DNA of 64,000 nucleotides from a virus, in the IMG/VR virus record IMGVR_UViG_3300027983_002383. One strand, 5' to 3'. Position numbers and translations under genes: made by a program. A model generated the notes under the pieces. The model was not told the origin of the DNA, did no database searches, and worked only from the letters and a program-made list of their open reading frames with translations. This document shows positions 46,042 to 55,488 of this stretch, piece by piece (position 1 is the stretch's first letter; every line of letters begins with the position of its first letter).

Positions 46042-46266
46042 ATGAAAGCAATACTTAAATTTGACTTAGACAATCTAGAAGATAGAAAGGAACATATGAT
46101 GTGTATGAAATCTTCAAAAATGGCATCTTTTATTTGGGAACTTCAACATAATTTTTGGAGACAATGGAAACATGATGAAGACAATTTCACATTAGACAAC
46201 TATAAGGATGCATTGCTCCAGTTACTAAATGACCATAATATTAATGTAGATGAATTAGTAGATTAA
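46042..46266 (+). CDS. small hypothetical protein
   Basis: MKAILKFDLDN.EDR..H pattern. Confidence 0.65.
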   Translation: MKAILKFDLDNLEDRKEHMMCMKSSKMASFIWELQHNFWRQWKHDEDNFTLDNYKDALLQLLNDHNINVDELVD

Positions 46267-46315
46267 TTAAATAAAAGAATTTGGCTATCTAAAATAGCCT
46301 TCACATATTAACGTT

Positions 46316-47368
46316 ATGAAAAACAAATTAAAATTCAAAAAAGAATTCAATTTAACAGAAAATCAATTTAATGGAACAGAACAAATTGATAGAGATCTTG
46401 ATTTATATAATCTTACTTCTATACCAAAGGGTTTTAATCCAACAGTAGGTGGAAATCTTTGTTTAAGTACTCTTATTACTATACCAAAGGGTTTTAATCC
46501 AACAGTAGGTGGAAATCTTTATTTAAGTAATCTTACTTCTATACCAAAGGGTTTTAATCCAACAGTAGGTGGAAATCTTTGTTTAAGTACTCTTATTTCT
46601 ATACCAAAGGGTTTTAATCCAACAGTAGGTGGAAATCTTTATTTAAGTAATCTTACTTCTATACCAAAGGGTTTTAATCCAACAGTAGGTAGAGCTCTTG
46701 ATTTATATAATCTTACTTGTATACCAAAGGGTTTTAATCCAACAGTAGGTGAAGGTCTTTATTTACGTAATCTTATTTCTATACCAAAGGGTTTTAATCC
46801 AACAGTAGGTGGAAATCTTTGTTTAAGTACTCTTATTTCTATACCAAAGGGTTTTAATCCAACAGTAGGTGGAAATCTTTATTTAAGTAATATTACTTCT
46901 ATACCAGAAGGTTTGGGTAACAAAGAAATAGGAATGTTATCTTGGGAAAATGGTAAATACATACAGGTTGACGGTATATTTTCAGAGGTTGTAAATAAGA
47001 AAAAGAACATATATGTTGTTAAATCTATTGGAAAACCAGAAATATCTTATATTGTTTCAGATGGTAAAGGTACTTGGTCGCATGGAGTAACTATAAAACA
47101 AGCAAAGGCTGATTTAATTTACAAGTTTACTAATATAGATGTTTCAAAACTAAAAGAACTAGACATCAATAATAAAATGGAATTTGGTGAAGCTGTGAGT
47201 TGTTATAGGTCTATCACTAAATCTTGCATCTCAGGTATCAAAAGTTTCATAGAAACTAATGATATAGATAATTCAAAGAAATACTCAGTACTTGATGTAA
47301 TTAGAATAACAAAAGAAAACAATGGATATGGTAACAAAACATTTTCAAGATTTTTTAAGAATAGATAA
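46316..47368 (+). CDS. LRR-like 20-aa repeat protein
   Basis: L.L.NLTSIPKGFNPTVGGN repeats, then C-terminal HG.T.KQA..DL domain. Confidence 0.85.
   Translation: MKNKLKFKKEFNLTENQFNGTEQIDRDLDLYNLTSIPKGFNPTVGGNLCLSTLITIPKGFNPTVGGNLYLSNLTSIPKGFNPTVGGNLCLSTLISIPKGFNPTVGGNLYLSNLTSIPKGFNPTVGRALDLYNLTCIPKGFNPTVGEGLYLRNLISIPKGFNPTVGGNLCLSTLISIPKGFNPTVGGNLYLSNITSIPEGLGNKEIGMLSWENGKYIQVDGIFSEVVNKKKNIYVVKSIGKPEISYIVSDGKGTWSHGVTIKQAKADLIYKFTNIDVSKLKELDINNKMEFGEAVSCYRSITKSCISGIKSFIETNDIDNSKKYSVLDVIRITKENNGYGNKTFSRFFKNR
46391..46910 (+). repeat. 60-bp coding tandem repeat, about 8.7 units
   Basis: Invariant ATACCAAAGGGTTTTAATCCAACAGTAGGT at 46421, 46481 ... 46841 alternating with variable 30-mers. Confidence 0.97.
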
Positions 47369-47381
47369 TTAAATTAAAGTT

Positions 47382-47855
47382 ATGAGAAATTTTGAATGGA
47401 TGAAGAGTTACAACTCTCCCTTTAAACCACCAACACCTAAATTTTATATTGGTAAGGTAGCGATAGGAACACCATACTTCTTTCCAAGAAGATGGATTAA
47501 AAATAAAGAAAAACCAGGTTACCAAACGCCAGTACCTAAAAAAATAGGGTTTGACTTTGTATCTTTAGGTTGGAAAACTAAATGGAGTAGTACAGATTAT
47601 AGATTCGAATGGTCTCCAATGTGGTCATTTGTATTTTTTAAATGGCAAATAGCTATAACATTTGTATCCCCATACTTAGATCATTATTGGGAGTGTTGGT
47701 TATATTATACAAGAGAAACTGATAAAACAAAAACAACTAAGGAAAGACTAAAAGAATCAATATTAGAATTCCCATGTATATGGACAACCCATAGTGATGA
47801 AGACAAAGAGACTAAATGTTATTGGGATTTGATTTTAAAAAAGAAGTATAAATAA
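47382..47855 (+). CDS. hypothetical protein
   Basis: Aromatic-rich ORF. Confidence 0.7.
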   Translation: MRNFEWMKSYNSPFKPPTPKFYIGKVAIGTPYFFPRRWIKNKEKPGYQTPVPKKIGFDFVSLGWKTKWSSTDYRFEWSPMWSFVFFKWQIAITFVSPYLDHYWECWLYYTRETDKTKTTKERLKESILEFPCIWTTHSDEDKETKCYWDLILKKKYK

Positions 47856-47904
47856 TAGGTGAATCCCAACCTAAGATATTATTAAATCAATTAAAATAAA
47901 TAAG

Positions 47905-49755
47905 ATGGATAATATATTAAAAGATAAAGATATTGTTAGTAAAATACTTACTAACTTAAGTAAATTATCTGTAATACCTGATAATGGGTTTTTAGCTGGT
48001 GGTGCAGTAGCAAATACATTACTTTCTATGAAATATGGGAAATCATACCCTATTAATGATTTAGATATTTTTATAGAAGAAGAGGGAGTTACTTATGAAG
48101 ATAGTGGTACCACACCTTTAAGGTCGCAAACATTAGTTATCCAAAGTGGGTATAATGAAGGTGAGTTAAGTTATGACCATGGTAGTAATTATAGAATTTT
48201 AGAAGTATCTAGGGATGGGTTATTAAATTGGATAACTATTAGTAGAGTTAGTGATAGAGATAATATTAGAAACTATCGTTATATATTAAATGGATTTGAT
48301 TTTAATTGTTGTCAAGCAGGGATTGATTTAAGAACAAATGAATTATACTACACTGATGAATTTGAAGAATTTTTAAATACACTACAATTAGATGTTACCG
48401 CTATTTATACTCCAGCACACACCGCTATTAGGTTATTTAAAAAGAAAAAAGAATTAGATTGTTATTGTAATGTGGAAAATTGTATGGAATTACTTTCACA
48501 ACCTTTGATTCGTGAAACTAGGGGAAAATTAAACCCTAGACATTTCGGCATATATTTTAGTCATAAATATAGAGATATGTTCATAGAACACCATATTGAA
48601 TTAAAAGAATATTTCAAAATAGAAAGTTTCTTTGATGATAAAAAGGAAATGTGGAAAGTGATTAATAATAGTCAAGAATTAACACCACCCGATGAAGAAC
48701 ATGTTACTAACTGGTTAAGTATAGAAAATACTATACCTGAAGAGGTATTGACACAGTGGTCTTCATATAATGATATAATGTGGACATTACTACCTAAAAA
48801 ATATGACACTCCGAGTGTAAAGATTACTGAAATCTTATCTACTGTCACTTATAACCCATTAACATTTATGGGGACTTATAAATTAGTTAATGGTAAAATA
48901 AAGAAGAATGTAATTGATAAATGTGGTATTGTTTTAAAAAAGGGTAATTGGACTAAATTACTTACACTATTAAACCCTTATTATTGTGATTGTGATTTTA
49001 GTGGTGAGCATGTAAATATTATAGAAGTTTTTATTGGTAAATACCCACATTTTTTAGGGGTTATAACTAAATATAAATTAAATTTACAAGAAACTTTAAA
49101 ACTCACTAAAGTAGTTAATAGAATAATTTCAGTAGAAGGTGAGTGGATTGAAGTGAAAATTGTGGAAATATTAAGTAAGGGTAATACCTCAATCAAACCC
49201 ACATATGAGAGTATAACTAATTCATTAATAACATATAAAAGTGAGATGTCTAAACCTATGGTGGATGAAATTAAACACCTTAAAGAGATTAAGTTACCAA
49301 AAGGGGTGGTACTTAAAGAAATAGTTAGTGAGATGGAATTACATTGGGCTGGGAATAAATTAAAAAATTGTCTTAATGATTCTGGTCAATCTTATAAAGA
49401 AAAGATAAAAGGTGGTAAAGTTAAAGTCATTGTGATTACATCACCATATAGTACATCTGCTTTAGAATTGAGATTGGAAGATGAAAACATTGTATACGAA
49501 GAACGCCAGTTACTTTCATATTGTAACAAAAAAGCAAGTTCTTACCATAGAATCATAGCGGACATCATTAAGTCAGAGTTAAATAGTAATTTATTAAAAA
49601 GTCAATATGAAAAAAGGTTGAGACTATATGGTGATGTGTCTTTATTAAATAGGGGTATACTGATTAGTACTGAAGATAAAAAGGTTGATAATACCGATGG
49701 GGTAGGGATCTACTTAAATATCCCTATTGATGATCACCTGGATGAACTGTTTTAA
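47905..49755 (+). CDS. nucleotidyltransferase-like N-terminus fused to PcfJ-like C-terminal region
   Basis: FLAGGAVAN, NDLDIF, FDFNCCQ; ELHWAGNKLKNCL. Confidence 0.5.
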   Translation: MDNILKDKDIVSKILTNLSKLSVIPDNGFLAGGAVANTLLSMKYGKSYPINDLDIFIEEEGVTYEDSGTTPLRSQTLVIQSGYNEGELSYDHGSNYRILEVSRDGLLNWITISRVSDRDNIRNYRYILNGFDFNCCQAGIDLRTNELYYTDEFEEFLNTLQLDVTAIYTPAHTAIRLFKKKKELDCYCNVENCMELLSQPLIRETRGKLNPRHFGIYFSHKYRDMFIEHHIELKEYFKIESFFDDKKEMWKVINNSQELTPPDEEHVTNWLSIENTIPEEVLTQWSSYNDIMWTLLPKKYDTPSVKITEILSTVTYNPLTFMGTYKLVNGKIKKNVIDKCGIVLKKGNWTKLLTLLNPYYCDCDFSGEHVNIIEVFIGKYPHFLGVITKYKLNLQETLKLTKVVNRIISVEGEWIEVKIVEILSKGNTSIKPTYESITNSLITYKSEMSKPMVDEIKHLKEIKLPKGVVLKEIVSEMELHWAGNKLKNCLNDSGQSYKEKIKGGKVKVIVITSPYSTSALELRLEDENIVYEERQLLSYCNKKASSYHRIIADIIKSELNSNLLKSQYEKRLRLYGDVSLLNRGILISTEDKKVDNTDGVGIYLNIPIDDHLDELF

Positions 49756-50256
49756 CTATTCAGGTTCATCCACACCTAATACCTTATTCATTTCATAGAG
49801 CCCCAAAGTATTATCACCAATAATCTTTAAGTTATCTATAATTTCTTTAAATTTATTCTCTTCTTCTCTTTGTTCTGTAATAAACCACTGTAAGAAATTT
49901 TCAGTAGTGTAGTCACCGACTTCTTTACATTTAGATATGATTTTGTTTATTGATTTAGTAACTTCACGCTCACCAGATAAAGAATCCTCAAATAAACATA
50001 TGATATTAAACTCACCTTCATCTTCTTCTAAAAAATTGTAGTTTGGAATTATTGGTTCAGCATCTTGTTCTTTAAGGTATTCGAATATTTTTATCATATG
50101 TACTCTCTCCTCATTTGATTGATTAAGAAAGAATTTCGATATACCGGAATACCCATTCTTATTAAATTCCACCGATAATTTTAAATAATAAAATGATGCT
50201 CTATTTTCTAACCATATCTGTCCGTTTAATAACTCAACTATTTCTTCGTTTAACAT
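49756..50256 (-). CDS. ftnA: non-heme ferritin
   Basis: LN.QI..E..AS..Y, FF..QS.EE..H..K, E..VT..IN, FLQWF..EQ.EEE. Confidence 0.9.
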   Translation of the reverse strand: MLNEEIVELLNGQIWLENRASFYYLKLSVEFNKNGYSGISKFFLNQSNEERVHMIKIFEYLKEQDAEPIIPNYNFLEEDEGEFNIICLFEDSLSGEREVTKSINKIISKCKEVGDYTTENFLQWFITEQREEENKFKEIIDNLKIIGDNTLGLYEMNKVLGVDEPE

Positions 50257-50260
50257 AATT

Positions 50261-50449
50261 TTAATTTTCTGAATTGTATTTTTTTTGTAAATACTTTGCT
50301 TTATTTAATACCCCTCTCTTCTCAACAGACTTTTTAATGTGTTCTTTTCTATCTCGACATTCTTTAGGTACTTTGGTTTTAATAAACTTATCTTTAAGTG
50401 TTTTTAATGCCCTTTCTATATTATTTTTTGTAACTTTAACTCTTAACAT
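50261..50449 (-). CDS. rpsU: ribosomal protein bS21
   Basis: V.V.K.NIERALK.LK.K..K.....E.R.RKE..K.SV..R, 62 aa, basic. Confidence 0.85.
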   Translation of the reverse strand: MLRVKVTKNNIERALKTLKDKFIKTKVPKECRDRKEHIKKSVEKRGVLNKAKYLQKKYNSEN

Positions 50450-50490
50450 ACAATATTTATAAAAAAAATGTGTATTTTAGTTAAATAATA

Positions 50491-50498
50491 ATATTTAT
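50491..50498 (+). promoter_or_regulatory. ATATTTAT motif, putative late promoter
   Basis: Upstream of 50519 cluster; second copy at 50453. Confidence 0.5.
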
Positions 50499-50518
50499 TA
50501 GTATAATAGTAAACAATA

Positions 50519-51598
50519 ATGAGTTTAAAATTTAAAGATATAATTACTGAGGATGACTTCCATAGTGTTAAAGGGGGTAAACTTAAACCTAAAGAAGAAA
50601 AACTTCTTAAAAATATTCATAACTATATTTTAGTGTCGTATTTTGACGATCAACAATTACCATCGGAGTTGTTGGATTTAACTGAATATTATGAGTTATA
50701 TTATAAAATATATGATTTTCTAATAGATACAATGTTATTTGATAGTGTAACCGCATCACACTTATTTAATTTATTCGTGTTAAATTATAATAGAGAAGGT
50801 GAGTATACGAACATTGAAGAAATTAGGACATTATCGCATGAAGATGAAATAGAGATGTTTGGTTGGCGGGTTATGGTTTTAGCTAAACACTTCAAAACTT
50901 TACCATTTATGGTTGAACGTTTAGATTTATCCCATTATGGTATACCTTCTTATGTTATAAATGGTAGGGATGAGTGGTACGCTTTCGGTAATCAAGCAGA
51001 TATTGATTATGCAGTAAGAGAGATGCTTGAACAGAGATGGTCTGAGAGAGAAGTTTTTAATGTGTATGGTGCGGAGGGTTACGTGGCTTATTGTAATGTT
51101 AGTGATACAGATAAAAGAATAATATCTAATGAAGATGCTGACCATTACGAATCTGAACAGGATCCTGAAGAAATTATTAATTATCTTAGACATAATAGGG
51201 AAAATGATAAGGATGATGCAATTGTGTTGGATTATGATGAAATGGTGGAAGAGTTGGAAGAGTCATCTACTGAAGATGAAAGCCATTATGAAGTAAGAAT
51301 AGATGAGATAGTTAACAATGGTAGAGAAAGGGTTAGAGAGATAATATATAATGTCACCTACACCACTTTAGAAAATAATTTAGAGGAGTATCTGACAGAG
51401 TTGGGTTACCTAATGGATGAAGGATCCTCACATGAACGATGGGAGAGATTACCCTCATGGATGACGTTTGATTGGAAAGAATTTATGGGTGATGAGATTC
51501 AACACTTTGATATCAATGAGTTATCTCCGTATGAAAATGTGGATGAGATTTATTCAGAGAATGGTGATATTTATTATATAGTACAAATAGATTATTAG
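50519..51598 (+). CDS. leader-bearing acidic protein, family B paralog 1
   Basis: MSLKFKDIITED; C-terminal Y...E....G..YYI. Confidence 0.75.
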   Translation: MSLKFKDIITEDDFHSVKGGKLKPKEEKLLKNIHNYILVSYFDDQQLPSELLDLTEYYELYYKIYDFLIDTMLFDSVTASHLFNLFVLNYNREGEYTNIEEIRTLSHEDEIEMFGWRVMVLAKHFKTLPFMVERLDLSHYGIPSYVINGRDEWYAFGNQADIDYAVREMLEQRWSEREVFNVYGAEGYVAYCNVSDTDKRIISNEDADHYESEQDPEEIINYLRHNRENDKDDAIVLDYDEMVEELEESSTEDESHYEVRIDEIVNNGRERVREIIYNVTYTTLENNLEEYLTELGYLMDEGSSHERWERLPSWMTFDWKEFMGDEIQHFDINELSPYENVDEIYSENGDIYYIVQIDY

Positions 51599-51599
51599 G

Positions 51600-52775
51600 A
51601 TGAAACTATATAAAATATTGCAAGAACAAGAGGAGAAAGAATCACCAAAGGAGATTAGAAAGATAACTAATACCCATAAGAGGATGTTAAACGCTTTATC
51701 TCGGATGGATATTGATGATACCGAATACTCGGTTATATGGAAAGAACTTATAGATGTTTTCCAAATCAATGATATTGACCTAGTAACAGAAATAACTTAT
51801 TTATATCACGAATATAGTTATGTGTTTGATGAGGATGAGAAAGATAGTTATAAGGAGTTACCTGACGATGCTTTATCGGGGTTAATGGATATAACCGGGT
51901 TCGACAATGCACAGATTGCGTTATCAATAAATTTAAAAACACCACTTTTTTTAATTGAGGAAAGTAACTATGACCATTACGGGCTAAGTCAATACTATGA
52001 TTTAGTTGATGGTGGAATGTACGGTGTAGGAAATGAAGACGAAGTGCAATCTGCTATGTTAGAATGGGCACAATCCAGTTATGATAGTGAGGGGCTAGAT
52101 TATGTGAATAGAAATTATCTGGACCAATTTATAGAATTAAATGATGTATCTGATTTCGCAGAAGAGGATGTGGATAGTTTGTTAGATGATATGTCAGAAG
52201 AACATATTATCGAAGAAGCTGGTTACGATAAAGATCAAATGGTTGAACAAATGGAGTCTATGGAGAGTAGGATAAGTGATATAGTTGGTGAGTTGGAAAC
52301 TCTTAAAGATGAAATCGATGAAATTCAAGAGATGTTAGATGAATTGGAGGAAGAATCTGAAGAAGAGGAAGATATTTCCCAGACAGAAGAATATGTAGAT
52401 TTAAAGGGGTCACAAACTTCATTAATATATAAACGACAGGACTTTGATAGTGAAAAAGATAATTTAGAATCAGAAATGAGCGATTTAGAGACAGAAATAG
52501 ATGGTTTATTTGATACTGCTAAAGAGGAAGTTAGAACTAGTAGAATAGGTAATTTAATAGAGGCAATTGAAAATGAGGGTGTCGATTTTTTTATAAATGA
52601 TTTAGGTTATAGTTTAGAAGATGCAGTTAGATACTTTTGTGATTTTGATGAGGAAGGGTTTATTAGTGGTATGTCGACTGATAACGAAGCTAGTGACGTT
52701 TTAGCAAGTTATAATGGACAAGAAGATTATGAAAATGTAGATGGTGTATACTATTATATATATAGAACAGAATAA
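51600..52775 (+). CDS. leader-bearing acidic protein with coiled-coil insert, family B paralog 2
   Basis: MKLYKILQEQ; LASYNGQED.ENVDGVYYYIYRT. Confidence 0.75.
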   Translation: MKLYKILQEQEEKESPKEIRKITNTHKRMLNALSRMDIDDTEYSVIWKELIDVFQINDIDLVTEITYLYHEYSYVFDEDEKDSYKELPDDALSGLMDITGFDNAQIALSINLKTPLFLIEESNYDHYGLSQYYDLVDGGMYGVGNEDEVQSAMLEWAQSSYDSEGLDYVNRNYLDQFIELNDVSDFAEEDVDSLLDDMSEEHIIEEAGYDKDQMVEQMESMESRISDIVGELETLKDEIDEIQEMLDELEEESEEEEDISQTEEYVDLKGSQTSLIYKRQDFDSEKDNLESEMSDLETEIDGLFDTAKEEVRTSRIGNLIEAIENEGVDFFINDLGYSLEDAVRYFCDFDEEGFISGMSTDNEASDVLASYNGQEDYENVDGVYYYIYRTE

Positions 52776-52777
52776 AT

Positions 52778-53305
52778 ATGAAAATAAAATTAAGTAAAAA
52801 ACAATTTAAAAGATTATTAAACGAAATGCGGTTTGATGGTAAATCTACAGGTCTATTCTCGAATGAAGAACCTGAAGAAGTTAATGAATTTTTTGGTGGT
52901 AAAATAAAAGATAGGTGGTCTAATTTTTTAGTTGCAGCTAAAAGAGAAGGAAAAGAAACGGAGGTAGCATCAGAAATATTAAAACGACTATTAACTAAGA
53001 AAGAAGTTTCTAAAATAGAAAAAACCTTTCTAAAATCACAGGCAATGGATTTATTAAAAATTGTTGGTGTATTAGGTTTAGGTGCTGTCTCTGCTATAAT
53101 ACCCGTAACATTAGAAAAGATTTTAAATAAAAAAGGACTTTCAATACTACCTAAAAGTCAAGAAATACCCAAAGAGGACCCAAAAACTGGTGAAGATTTA
53201 ACGGGCGAATATTGGTCACCTGAACTCGAGCAAGATTTAGAAGCTTTTCACAATATAAATATAGAGGGTAATTTAGATTTAATAAAAACGAAACCGTTGA
53301 AATGA
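52778..53305 (+). CDS. leader-bearing protein with hydrophobic/amphipathic segment
   Basis: MKIKLSKKQFKRLLNE; LLKIVGVLGLGAVSAIIP. Confidence 0.75.
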   Translation: MKIKLSKKQFKRLLNEMRFDGKSTGLFSNEEPEEVNEFFGGKIKDRWSNFLVAAKREGKETEVASEILKRLLTKKEVSKIEKTFLKSQAMDLLKIVGVLGLGAVSAIIPVTLEKILNKKGLSILPKSQEIPKEDPKTGEDLTGEYWSPELEQDLEAFHNINIEGNLDLIKTKPLK

Positions 53306-54522
53306 AATTAAAACTAAGTGAAATATTAAACGAATCTAAAGAACCTGTTAAAATAAGTAGGTTCGAAGAAAGCTCGCTTTATTATATGTGTGATAATAAA
53401 GTTGACCCAACGGACACTAAAAAGGTATATAATTTCTTAGTGGGTCAATTGTATTTGAAAGATGAAACGGAAATAATTAAAATAATGAAACTTTATTATT
53501 TTAATTTTCCCTATGGTAAGATAATGTCGGGTGAATGTGAAGAAGTTGAAAAAACGTTTCATTTACCGTTAGATGAGAAATATGTTTACGAACATTTAGC
53601 ACTATCCCAATGGTTAGGGGTAAATCCCTATTTGATTACTTTAATCAATGAACCAATCCATGGTGCTTTAGGTGAGTTTGAAGTTGATTTAGAAGGTCAT
53701 ACTTATAAGGTTGGTACTGCAGATGACTCTCGTTCCGCAGCAAGGAAAACGACTAAGTATATAATTGAGACTGAGGGGTATGGTTATTTTGATAGTGACT
53801 GGATTTCTTCGTATGTTTCTATAGTTGATGAGTCTGCGGAATATAACGCTGAACAACGCGGAAAAGAGGAATCTAAAGGTATGACTGATGATTACCTTAG
53901 AAATGATGTAGACTGGAGCGCTGAGTATGATTATTTAAAAGAGGATAAAGAAGGTGAAGAAGAAGAGTTAACATATAGAGTTAATAAAGTTAAAAAAATT
54001 AAATTTAAGTTAGAAAAGTTAGATAAAGAGAAAAAAATAATAGAGAGAGAAATTGAAACATTAGGGTTTTATTTAGATTACGATGTTGATGATGAGTATT
54101 CTAATGATTATAATATTGATATTAGTGAAATGACAAATACCTTAAATGAATTAGAGACTACTATCTACGAATACAATTATTATATTGATGAGTCAGAAAA
54201 AGAAATTGGTAACATAAAAGAAATTATTGATGACATATTAGATGAAATGTCTGAATTCGAAGGTGTTAAGTTATTGGAGAGATGGATGGTGAATTTCATT
54301 GAAATGGTGGTTGAAGAGTATTCAGACAATCCAATGGACTATGTGCATGACTCTGGTATGAATGTAGATGAAGCGGAATTAGAGGGGTTAATAGAAGTAG
54401 ATGATGAAAGTTTAATTAATGACTATATTAGTGAACTTGGTACAGTGGTCGCTGATTACGATGGGGTCCAAAACATCACACTTTTTAATGGTATATATTA
54501 TTATATATTTAGAACACATTAA
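53302..54522 (+). CDS. leader-bearing acidic protein with coiled-coil insert, family B paralog 3
   Basis: MKLKLSEILNES; VADYDGVQN...NGIYYYIFRT. Confidence 0.75.
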   Translation: MKLKLSEILNESKEPVKISRFEESSLYYMCDNKVDPTDTKKVYNFLVGQLYLKDETEIIKIMKLYYFNFPYGKIMSGECEEVEKTFHLPLDEKYVYEHLALSQWLGVNPYLITLINEPIHGALGEFEVDLEGHTYKVGTADDSRSAARKTTKYIIETEGYGYFDSDWISSYVSIVDESAEYNAEQRGKEESKGMTDDYLRNDVDWSAEYDYLKEDKEGEEEELTYRVNKVKKIKFKLEKLDKEKKIIEREIETLGFYLDYDVDDEYSNDYNIDISEMTNTLNELETTIYEYNYYIDESEKEIGNIKEIIDDILDEMSEFEGVKLLERWMVNFIEMVVEEYSDNPMDYVHDSGMNVDEAELEGLIEVDDESLINDYISELGTVVADYDGVQNITLFNGIYYYIFRTH

Positions 54523-54526
54523 ATTA

Positions 54527-54555
54527 TTGACTTTCTAGTGAAAAATCCATATTAT
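54527..54555 (+). promoter_or_regulatory. canonical sigma70-type promoter
   Basis: TTGACT-17-TATTAT. Confidence 0.7.
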
Positions 54556-54568
54556 TATAAAAAAATAT

Positions 54569-54787
54569 ATGGATAAAAAAGAAAGGGTTCAACACCCATC
54601 ACACTATAATAGAGGGGTAGAAATGTGGGACTACGCACATTCCCATAACTTAGATTTTTTTGAGGGTAACATTGTTAAATATGTAACAAGATGGAAAGAT
54701 AAGAACGGGGTAGAAGACTTAAAGAAAGCAAAACAGTATTTGGATAAATTAATTGAACTTAATGAAGGTAATAGTAGCGGGAAGTAG
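54569..54787 (+). CDS. DUF3310 family protein
   Basis: V.HPSHYN, F.EGN.VKY..RW..KNG.EDL.KA..YL. Confidence 0.88.
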   Translation: MDKKERVQHPSHYNRGVEMWDYAHSHNLDFFEGNIVKYVTRWKDKNGVEDLKKAKQYLDKLIELNEGNSSGK

Positions 54788-55109
54788 AGATTTTAATGAT
54801 TACCACACTTTAAAGGAGAAACTTGATATGATATTAAAGAATCAAAAAGAGGTTACCATTATTTCTGGTACTGCAAAGGGTGCTGATAAACTTGGTGAAA
54901 GGTATGCTAGTGAACATCACCATAAAGTAGAACAATACGTACCAATGTGGGACATATTCGGTAAAAAGGCTGGTTATATGAGAAATGAGGAGATGGCTAA
55001 ACATTCAGATGCTTGTGTTGTATTTTGGGATGGTAAGAGTAGAGGTACCAAACATATGATAGATATTTCAAAAAAACATAAACTTAAATTAAGAATTATT
55101 AAATTTTAA
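54762..55109 (+). CDS. YspA/DUF2493-like SLOG family protein
   Basis: MKVIVAGSRDF.DY, IISG.A.GAD.LGE.YA, AG..RN.EMA, FWDGKS.GT..MI. Confidence 0.88.
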   Translation: MKVIVAGSRDFNDYHTLKEKLDMILKNQKEVTIISGTAKGADKLGERYASEHHHKVEQYVPMWDIFGKKAGYMRNEEMAKHSDACVVFWDGKSRGTKHMIDISKKHKLKLRIIKF

Positions 55110-55134
55110 TATATTTATTACGAAAAATAAGTAT

Positions 55135-55488
55135 ATGCAAAATTATGTAATAGATGAAGTAATAGAAATTTTATGTGATGTAGATAAAATTTTAACTGTT
55201 AAGTTTAGATTAAACGAAGATGAAACTACAACCCATAGAGAAATTATAGATAGTGAATATTATAGTTGGTGTGAGGAAAACCATTACATCAAGGGTGAAG
55301 TGGAAGAAGATTTAGAAGAAGATTTTGATGATGACACTGAAGAAGAATTAGACTACAATGGGTTTCATTTCGACATAGAAATATGGGAAAGTAATTATAG
55401 TGACGTGAATATCATAATTGACTATATCTACGACAATTACCACAATAAGTTAGATTTACCTGAAACAAAAGATAGTTTATTTCACTAA
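55135..55488 (+). CDS. acidic hypothetical protein
   Basis: ORF; ATATTTAT at 55111. Confidence 0.65.
   Translation: MQNYVIDEVIEILCDVDKILTVKFRLNEDETTTHREIIDSEYYSWCEENHYIKGEVEEDLEEDFDDDTEEELDYNGFHFDIEIWESNYSDVNIIIDYIYDNYHNKLDLPETKDSLFH

Noticed and set aside
46391-46910. CRISPR array (30-nt constant repeat with 30-nt spacers)
   Set aside because: Spacers are near-copies of each other, the period is exactly 60 nt in frame within an ORF, and there are no cas genes; it is a coding repeat
46316-47368. Diversity-generating retroelement target
   Set aside because: Differences are not restricted to adenines, and no reverse transcriptase or template repeat is in the window
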